From: Trichinella spiralis
Taxonomy: Eukaryota
DNA length: 34,979 nucleotides
Assembly: GCF_000181795.1 (NCBI RefSeq)
Contig: NW_003526941.1
Span: 6,501,659-6,536,637 of the forward strand
Direction of reading: 5' to 3'
This document shows, in pieces, positions 26,826 to 34,979 of this stretch (its first letter is position 1; each line of letters begins with the position of its first letter). The notes under the pieces are model-generated. The model worked only from the letters and a program-made list of their open reading frames with translations, was not told where the DNA came from and did not search any database. The translations under genes were made by a program, and so were the position numbers.

Positions 26826-27280
26826 GTCTACGCCTGTGCCTGTGCGTATCTGGGCGGGGGTGTGTCTATGTCTGCTGTCTGTTGTCTGTTTTGTGTCGCG
26901 TGCGAGCACGACACAATTCAAATCGACCATTTCTTCACTTTTAGCGCATTTCCCATTCGCCTCCTTTTTATCAAATGAAACACTCATCATGCCCACGCCG
27001 ACCAGTAAACAGGTCCTCCATTGTCCCAAGCTTGTCATTGTCCTCGTAAACAATTTCACCAAATTCCTCTGTGCCGGGTTCACGGCACCGGCAGCTTTGA
27101 ATGCAGCATCTAGATGGCCAGCCAGCTAACTAACTAACTAGCTAGCTGGTCAAAACGTACTTTGACCATTTCCAATTTCTAGCATTCTTCTGGCCACAAC
27201 ATACCAAATCATCATCACCAACAACAGCCATTCTCATCATATACTGCTTCCAAGTAATATTGTTTCACATTCGAACAATT

Positions 27281-29055
27281 ATGACCCGTGATACTGGCAA
27301 TACGTCCAATTCGATTTCACATCGTGCACAACAAACTCACAGAAAAACATCGGACAACAACAATATGAAAAAGGTACTCATTGATTATTTTATTTTTTTC
27401 TCATAAATTTATTTTCACAATTAGAACAATAATTTAATCTAGAATCACATTTCTACAATATTACAATAAACTGAATAGTAGAATTCAGTTGAATTTCCAA
27501 GTTTTATTAACAAATTTAAAAATGATACTTTATTTTTTTTATCTACGTGCACCATTTGACAGTAATCCTGTAATGTTTTTTCTTTTTAACAACAACAACA
27601 ACAACAACAACTTTTTACACTGTCAAATGAAAAATTTTTCTGAATTTCAATGTTGTCAACTTTCTGAAGATGAGAATAAAAATCCACTTTGCATACAAAA
27701 TGACCAGTTTGGTGATAATAAATTGGGCACACTCGGTGCTATCTTTATGTCTGTATATTTTTCAAACGACCTTCGCAACGCGATGGTCCGTTTCAATTCC
27801 GTTAAGATTATTCCCAATGTGTTATTTTCAAATTGTGCTGTTGGCCTCAATTTCGAAACGAATCATTTGCATGAAGCAAAATTGATATGATCCATTTGAT
27901 TATTATTCAATGAAAATGATGCAATTGGTTTACTTTATTCAAACAACAACGATCGCTTGTTTCAACCACGGATTTTATCATCATTTGCAGTTATTACGTT
28001 GCACTTTGTTAAATACAAAACTAATAACACTATTACACACGAGTGAAAAATGCATTTCAAAAAATGAAATTATCATTTGCAATAATAAAAAATTATGTTT
28101 CATGTTTTCCAAAAGTTTGCAACAAAATATTGGCAGCAAAAAAATTAATCAATCTACTTTTTTAACAGTACTGGAATCAGAAGTATCAGAATAATAATAT
28201 TTCAATATCAATTTCAGGCAAACAAGCCTTTGATGGAGAAACGTCGTCGTGCGAGAATTAACAGAAGCTTAGATGAGCTGAAATCAATGTTGATTTGTTC
28301 GACTAAACCTTCAGTAAATAAATGCAAAATAAAAAACAATTTTCCATTTTTTCTTCACGTTAAAAATAATTCACACATATTCATATGCAGATACCTGGCC
28401 ATTCGAAGTGGGAAAAAGCGGACATATTGGAAATGACAGTTCAGCAAATGCGAACTTTACGAACTCAAACTAACAATCCTCGTAACATTCGAATCACAAT
28501 AATCATACTTGCATATATGATATTTTTTGTTTAGCTCGTGATGATCCAATCGCTTATGGACAATTCATTTCCGGTTATACACATTGCATAAGACAGTTGC
28601 AACGTTTTTTAATTAGCAGCAATGGAACTTTCGCACCTGAAACTTGCCGAGATTTGATTGAAAATTTGATGGCAGATCTGAAACATCTTACCAATGAAGC
28701 TGGTCAAGCTAAAGTTCAAGAATCATCGTCTTCTTCTGGTGCCGACTCGGTTAGCAGTTTGGAATTGGCTAGTTGCAATGACGACAATGAAACCTGCACT
28801 TCACAAAGTTCTCCTTCACCACCAGTCGCATCTCTGTTGGGTGTGGCGCACGATTCACCGTCATGTTTATTTGCCGTTAAAACGAATCCCGATTGTTTGC
28901 TAACTGCCGCAGCTTTTCCTCTTATTCATACTTCTTTCGCCACTTGCTCTCCAATGACTCAATCTGAATCGTCCGCTTTTGCATCTTTCAGGTCAATACG
29001 GCATAATGAATGCAAATCAGTAACTAAAAATGCATCATACTGGCGTCCGTGGTAA
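27281..29055 (+). CDS. lin-22: Hairy/E(spl) bHLH-Orange repressor, LIN-22-like, with C-terminal WRPW, ~266 aa; exons 27281-27373, 28218-28313, 28391-28481, 28535-29055
   Basis: KKANKPLMEKRRRARINRSLDELK (basic region with the HES proline), HSKWEKADILEMTV (W in place of L, as I recall for C. elegans LIN-22), Orange-like FISGYTHCIRQLQRFL and terminal YWRPW-stop. All introns are GT-AG and phase-consistent (801 nt). HES family is certain; lin-22 orthology is likely. Confidence 0.88.
27588..27611. repeat. (AAC)n microsatellite in HES intron 1
   Basis: Read directly from the sequence. Confidence 0.85.
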
Positions 29056-29137
29056 ATAAATGAGAAAACAATTCACTTGTTGAATAAGTAGAGAATTTTA
29101 ATATTTTTTCCCTTTTAAAGATAATTATACATATATC

Positions 29138-29193
29138 TATGTATGTAAGTATGTATGTATGTATGTATGGATGGATGGATGGATGGATGGATG
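29138..29193. repeat. Compound (TATG)n(GATG)n microsatellite downstream of the HES stop (probable 3' UTR)
   Basis: Read directly from the sequence. Confidence 0.9.
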
Positions 29194-30823
29194 TTACTTT
29201 CTATTAACTTTACAATTAAACGTACGCTGTTCGTTTGTTTGTTGCAATGTAAATTGTTCGTTTCTATAAACTATATTTACTGAACAACGACGACAGTAAT
29301 CATATTTTTAAATGTTAATATTACGTATGTATGTCAGTATACCCTGAATTAGTGGTTTATTATTTCAAAGAAAATAGTACTTGCGTTTTTTTCTAACTCA
29401 ATCTTTCTGTATTACAAAAAATGAAATTGAAAATCAAAATTCATTAGCAATCCATAAAAATGTTGCCACAGAATTACAACAGCTTCTATTATCCAATGAA
29501 AAAACAAATACATATTATTAAATTAGTCGAACTGAAGTAATAATCTGATTAATAATTTTATCCGTGAAATTTAGTCATACTGTAACTGATTTTAATTTTT
29601 TAACTCTTGTTACTCAGATGTAAAAATGAAGTTGATTCAACGTTGACGTACAGTATGTACGTTATGAATAGTACAATAGGTGAAAATTGTTTTTCAATTA
29701 TGCAAATCGGCTTTTCTCGAAACGCTAGTGTTATCAGTAGCGGAGCGCTTGTTGTTTACTTTGCTGACGTGGCCGTCTAATAGTAAAGATAGATTAGGGT
29801 CTGTATTATATAACGTAACAAAGCTACCGATTCCACATTTTCCAACGTGTTTGCCGGATGGATATTTTTCAGTAAATTAAACTGCATATGCATTACATTA
29901 ATTTATCTATTCATTATGCTGAAGTTTACAATAAACGTTAATGTTGTTTAACTTCTTTTTCCTTTACTTTCTGCCATAATTTCCATTGTGTTCAAAGAGA
30001 TTGGTCAAAAGCTGATTGCACCGTTATTAATTAAACAATCAATTCTTTGAAATGAATAACAGCTAAAACATGGAATTGGGAAAAATGATTTTAAGATTAA
30101 GTTAAAATATATTGTAAAAATATGATTATGGAAATGTAATTCTAATTAAAAATACCTTAATTACAGTATATTGATTGCCGAATCACCGATATGAAGGTTA
30201 CAAAGTAATAGCCGAATGATGGAGAAGCAAAGGTTGCATCATAATTAAAATTTCATTTGAGTGATTTTCCATGAACTGTTGTGCTGCGTAACAAAAGTGC
30301 AAGTAAAAGAAACTATAACAAGGTAAAAATTTGATATTAAAGCATATTTTCCTGAGATGTTTTCACTTGTGAATGCATATTTAAGTATTTAAGTATTTTC
30401 TAATTTTTATGTGAACCAAAATTGAAAAACACTTACAGCGAAATTCTCAATTATGCATGGTTCAACGTTGAGCTGTTTCAAAAAATTCATATCACAATTT
30501 GTTATTTTCCAAAGGCGTCTAGATTTAACTGTACAATACGTTTGATTTTCAATTTTCATTTGCGTATTGCGTTATATTTATTTCATTGTGAACAGAAAAT
30601 GTCGAATCTCTCTAAGCGGATAATGTTTTCTATCATGCAAATCGGGATAGTTATTTCACTTTATCATCATTTTTTTTATTATATGTTCAGAATTTAGATC
30701 ATCAGATCAATAGGTAAAGTGCCTTTTTTTTTGTCTGATCAAATTTGTCACTCGCGCATTTAGTGTGATTATACTTTGGAGAAATCTTTTGCCATGAATT
30801 CTATTTCTTGAAGTCATTTTTGA

Positions 30824-30833
30824 NNNNNNNNNN
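30824..30833. other. Assembly gap (10 N)
   Basis: Run of n. Confidence 0.99.
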
Positions 30834-31289
30834 ATTACCACTTACATGTGGCGCTGTTTCTTGGATGGCTACGTATCCAGGTATTTTTACGCTATCAGAT
30901 TCCCTAGTGCTCTTAATGGAGATTGTAAAAGAGAAAAAATTCTAAAAAATAAAATTAGAAATAAAATTTCTAAAAAGATTCTAAAAAGACATGCCATGAT
31001 TCTAAAAATTCATAGTTGAATATAGTTGAATTGAATATAACAGATATAGATATAACAGGTATGTAATAATAATAGAAATATAACAGCAGCATGATAAAAA
31101 TAACCACTTACGTTATTCGATGGAGATCATTCAAGATGCGGCTTTCGTCTTCACAGTTACGCACTAAAACATTAAATACAAAACACTTCTTCTACAAAAA
31201 AATAATGCCATTCTTCCTTACCTTGCGTGACAAGGAAAAACATCAGAACCGTAGGAACCGCAATTTGAGAGTGCCATCAGCTGCGACTA

Positions 31290-32565
31290 AACAAAAATTT
31301 TCTGATGACGTAATCCATTGCTATCAAGAACAAAATGCTGAGATGTACAGCGACATGTTCTCTTTATTTAACATATTTCATTGCTGTCATATTATCAAAT
31401 TCCTTCTTACTATTTGTGATAAGCAAAGGCACACTGGGACGGCTAGAAAACGCCAGGTGAGCACTGGTTGGCCTCAGTACAGGCTTCATGAGACCACATA
31501 ATCCACGGCTACTATAAACAAAAACTACTTACTAATTTTTGTCATATCACATTGGAAACGCATTGACGAATGATCTATACGGGCACCAGCGCTACTCAAA
31601 TGTCTCAACGTAATCTGCTAGAATTACAATCATTTCTTTCTAGTTCTTATGATAAGTGAAACCTCACTAGTACCAATGATGAACGTCACTGCGTCAACTT
31701 CAACTCAGAGGGCCATCAGAAGAAACATCGAATTCGCTTGATGTTAATGTAATGCTGTCATGGATAAAATGTGGACACTTTACGTATCCAACTGCAATCA
31801 GGAGCAAGTTAAATACTTACGCATGTTTGTGATGCCACATTTAGAACATACCAATGTGAACATGACTAATCACGGCGTCCAGAACGAAAGGAACTTGTAA
31901 ACAGTTCAGCTAATGATGTTATCTGTTATTATAGATATTCATGTATTCATATTCATATTCAGATAGATATTCAAATTCAATCCATGTAACACTCGCATCT
32001 TCAAGCTATCTAATTAATCAAATTCAATACTTACTGATGAACGATACTATTTGTGATAAGCAAAGGCACACTGGGACGGCTAGGAAACGCCTTTACGGCC
32101 ATGCTAACACGGGTTGCAAACGGTGCAAGCTTCATGGGATGTCGTAATCCATAGCTATTATAAACAAAAGCTACTCACTAATTTTTGCCATATCACATTC
32201 GGAAACGCACTGACAGCACGAACGCTGCTCGGCTGACTCAGCGAAATTGCCACAATTACAATCCATTCCTTCATACTTTTATGATAAGTGAAACCACACT
32301 AGAACAACTGGGAAACGTCACTGCACCAAACACTGTACTGTGCGATCTAACTGCAATCAGGAGCAAATTCAATACTTAAGGATGTTTGTGATGCCAAATT
32401 TAGAACGAAATGATGTGAACATGACTTACCACGTTGCCCAGAGCAAAAGCAATACCATAAAAACTCAGCTGATGACGTAATCTGTAATTACAGAAGTTAC
32501 CTAATTCTGCCTATACCTAATACGCCTATCGTCTCGCTATCTAATTAAACATATTCACACTTACT
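31290..32565. repeat. Diverged direct tandem duplication, period ~560-640 bp, a little over 2 copies
   Basis: An identical 39-mer TACTATTTGTGATAAGCAAAGGCACACTGGGACGGCTAG occurs at 31408 and 32045. AACTGCAATCAGGAGCAA occurs at 31790 and 32349. A CTGATGACGTAATC-like block occurs at ~31302, ~31910 and ~32469. Confidence 0.85.
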
Positions 32566-34127
32566 GTTTTTTGTCATAAGTTTTTTGAACGCTATGTCAG
32601 CAACTCCAACAACCACTGTTCAACAGCTTTTACTTGTCTTTACTGATAATAGATTGCATCTGGGCATTTTCAAAATGTAGCAAGGCAAATGTAATTTTCA
32701 ATTCTTAAAAGAATTGAATTGAATCAGAATAATCTATGATATCACATACATGATAATTTAACATTAGTGCTACTGTTAGAATGAAAGCAATGTGGCGCCA
32801 TTGGCATTACCACCTTTAACCTAAATTTAACAAAAAAATAAATGTAAAAAGCAAGGCATATTTATCATGATGCATAGTTACCATATTCAGTTAGTTTTCA
32901 GAATTTGGGTTGTTTCATATTCATGGATATGAAAATAAATAATGTAATTCTAAAAGTGAATTATATTAATGCAGTCATCTATAAATAAAAACAGAAATAG
33001 ATACTTCTTCGTCTTCAGCATCTGATGTATCTAAAACTTAGCATATACACTAGAAAGACCCGCAGTTTCATTCACATATATGTAGCACATGCATAGCATA
33101 CNNNNNNNNNNATTTAGGGAAAAAATATTTGCATAACAATGCCATATTACGTAGTAATATGAAATGTGTAAATAGAAACGTAATAAATTTCATCGTGTCG
33201 TTTCATAATGTTGCTCATATTGTTTATTTTAGTGCGCTATTACTGATGGAAAATTAGGGTGTTCTTCGTGAAGCAAAGTAAATAGTCATTTGCATAATTT
33301 ACTTATTATACTATTGAACAAGCACATCGATTTTATTAGGTTTTGCAGTTCACTGCAATGCTATCAATTTAGCACGTGGTCAACTATAATTCCGCTCTTC
33401 AACACCATCCATGAATAATTGGTAAGTTGGATTTGATATTTTGGTGGTGGTATGCTATGCATGTTACTTTACATATATGGTGAATGGAAACTGGCGGGTG
33501 TTTTTCTAGTGTTATTATTGCTAAGTTTTAGATACATCAGATGCTGAAGACGAAGAAGTATCTATTTCTGTTTTTTATTTATAGATGACTGCATTAATAT
33601 TATTCACTTTTAGAATTTACATTATTTTATTTTCATATCCATGAATATGAAACACCAAATTCTGAAAACTAACTGAATATGGTAACTATGCATCATGATG
33701 AATATGCCTTGCTTTTTACTTGAATTTTTCTGTTTAATTTAGGTTGAAGGTTGCAGTGCCATTAGCGCCACATTGCTTTCTTTCTAACTGCAGCACTAAT
33801 GTTAAATTATTATGTATATGATTTCATGGATTAGGTGCCCTCGATTCAATTCTTTTAAGAATTGAAAATTGCATTTGCCTTGCTACATTTTGAAAATGCC
33901 CAAATGCAATCTATTATCAGAAAAGACCGGTAAAAGCTGTTGAACAGTGGTTGTTGGAGTTGCTGACATAGCGTTCAAAAAACTTATGACAAAAAACAGT
34001 AAGTGTTGAATATGTTTAATTAGATAGCAAGACGATAGGCGTATTAGATACTGGTAGAATTAGGTAACTTCTGTACTTACAGATTACGTCATTAACTCAG
34101 TTTTTATGGTGTTCCTTTTGCTCTGGG
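32437..34127. repeat. Inverted duplication: arms 32437-33101 and 33450-34127, with an assembly gap in the spacer
   Basis: For example ATACTTCTTCGTCTTCAGCATCTGATGTATCTAAAACTTAGCA at 33001 is the reverse complement of ~33519-33561. Similarity is continuous from CCCAGAGCAAAAG (32437) to CTTTTGCTCTGGG (ending 34127), with scattered substitutions. Confidence 0.9.
33102..33111. other. Assembly gap (10 N)
   Basis: Run of n. Confidence 0.99.
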
Positions 34128-34634
34128 AATTAAGAAACAACGATACATTGTCTTCAATTAATTTTTTATAATATGGCTGCTTTATATCAATTTTGTTTAA
34201 CATGCTTTACTTTTCAGCACACTTGCACACAACACAACACTTCAGCACACACAGCACTGCAGAATCAAATCAAGTTTAGATATAGATGAAATTGCTGCAT
34301 TCTTTCGTAACTATCCGTTATTGAACATGTGGCTTTTTTACAGATTCGTAATCACGTAGATAAATACGTCATCACAGAGCACTACCACCTGTTGATGCCG
34401 CTCAGTTTGGCGACGTATGTACATTTTCATTTTATATATTATGAAAGTTGTAAAGTGTAAATTTTGTCGTTTTAGTTTTTCAGGTTTTCATAATTTTGCT
34501 TTTCATAATTTTTTCATAATTGCTTTTTATAATTTTTTATTATTGTTTGGTACTAGTGTTTTCAAGATTTTAGTGTAAATCTAAGGAAGCTATGGGTACG
34601 TAGGCCTAAAAAGAATGTAAGTAGTCTAACTGTT

Positions 34635-34979
34635 AAAGGTAAGTAATAGGTGTGAAGGTAAGTATAAATGTGAAGGTGTGTACTGCATAGGTGAAGGCGG
34701 GTAGTGTGTAGTGTGAAGGTAAATACTAGTACAGGGTGAAGGCAAGTATAATTGTGAAGGTAAGTAGTGTATAGGGTGAAGGTGAGTAGTGTGTGAAGGT
34801 AAGTATAAGTGTGAAGGTGAGTACTGCATAGGTAAGTGGTAAGTATAAGTTTGAAGGTAAGTAGTGTATAGGATGAGGGTGAGTAGTGTGTGAAGGTAAG
34901 TAGTATAGGATGAGGGTGAGTAGTGTGTGAAGGAAAGTATAAGTGAGAAGGTGAGTACTGCATAGGTAAGTGGTAAGTA
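34635..34979 (+). repeat. G-rich, C-poor minisatellite of ~18-22 bp units (GTGAAGGTRAGTA...) with higher-order structure; runs off the window end
   Basis: Reiterated GTGTGAAGGTAAGTA / GAAGGTGAGTA units. The block AAGTATAAGTGWGAAGGTGAGTACTGCATAGGTAAGTGGTAAGTA occurs at 34801 and 34935. Confidence 0.9.

Larger units (their letters stand above)
26300..27180 (+). promoter_or_regulatory. Candidate promoter/proximal enhancer of the HES gene
   Basis: GC-enriched non-coding island. Contains TGGCACGTG on the minus strand (26311-26319), N-box CACAAG (26623-26628), class C CGCGTG (26897-26902), CSL/LAG-1 TTCCCAT (26950-26956) and clustered TGACCAC motifs. Confidence 0.45.

Noticed and set aside
26629..27129. 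166-aa ORF and overlapping ORFs upstream of HES
   Set aside because: Non-ATG start, and the frame is kept open by GTC/GTT microsatellites (poly-V, poly-T, poly-R). Better explained as regulatory DNA.
29056..29300. K-box, Brd-box, GY-box or miR-9 seed sites in the HES 3' UTR
   Set aside because: I looked for TGTGAT, AGCTTTA, GTCTTCC and ACCAAAG and did not see them.
31091..32379. Plus-strand ORFs sharing TICDKQRHTGTARKR as a transposase or Helitron remnant
   Set aside because: The shared peptide only reflects the DNA duplication. No DDE, RT, HUH or PIF1 motif was recognised.
34562..34979. Terminal repeat as a CRISPR array, telomere, or His/Thr/Leu-rich protein
   Set aside because: Eukaryotic context with no unique spacers, the unit is not TTAGGC or TTAGGG, and the minus-strand ORFs are low-complexity translations of the satellite.

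Overview
Eukaryotic, AT-rich nematode genomic DNA. It is most consistent with a clade I nematode such as Trichinella; this is an inference from gene content, 50-80 nt introns and relaxed splice acceptors. Six protein-coding genes could be reconstructed by hand: a 5'-truncated RBM19/Mrd1 multi-RRM gene (+), an intronless COG2 (-), an AdipoR/PAQR gene (-, 5 coding exons), a Crk/CED-2 SH2-SH3-SH3 adaptor (+, 6 exons), an ODR-2/HOT-type Ly-6 GPI-anchored protein (+, 3 exons, 5.4 kb first intron) and a LIN-22/Hairy-E(spl) bHLH-Orange repressor that ends in WRPW (+, 4 exons). The first 11 kb is a tightly packed housekeeping cluster. The region 11-30 kb is a gene-sparse, enhancer-like landscape with HES-, CSL- and TGACCAC-type motifs. 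The last 4 kb has two assembly gaps and is repetitive: a diverged ~600 bp tandem duplication with conserved splice-like signals, a ~670 bp inverted duplication, and a terminal minisatellite built largely from 5' splice-site consensus (AG|GTRAGT). I found no tRNA, rRNA, CRISPR array or recognisable transposase, and no clearly novel system can be proven from sequence alone.
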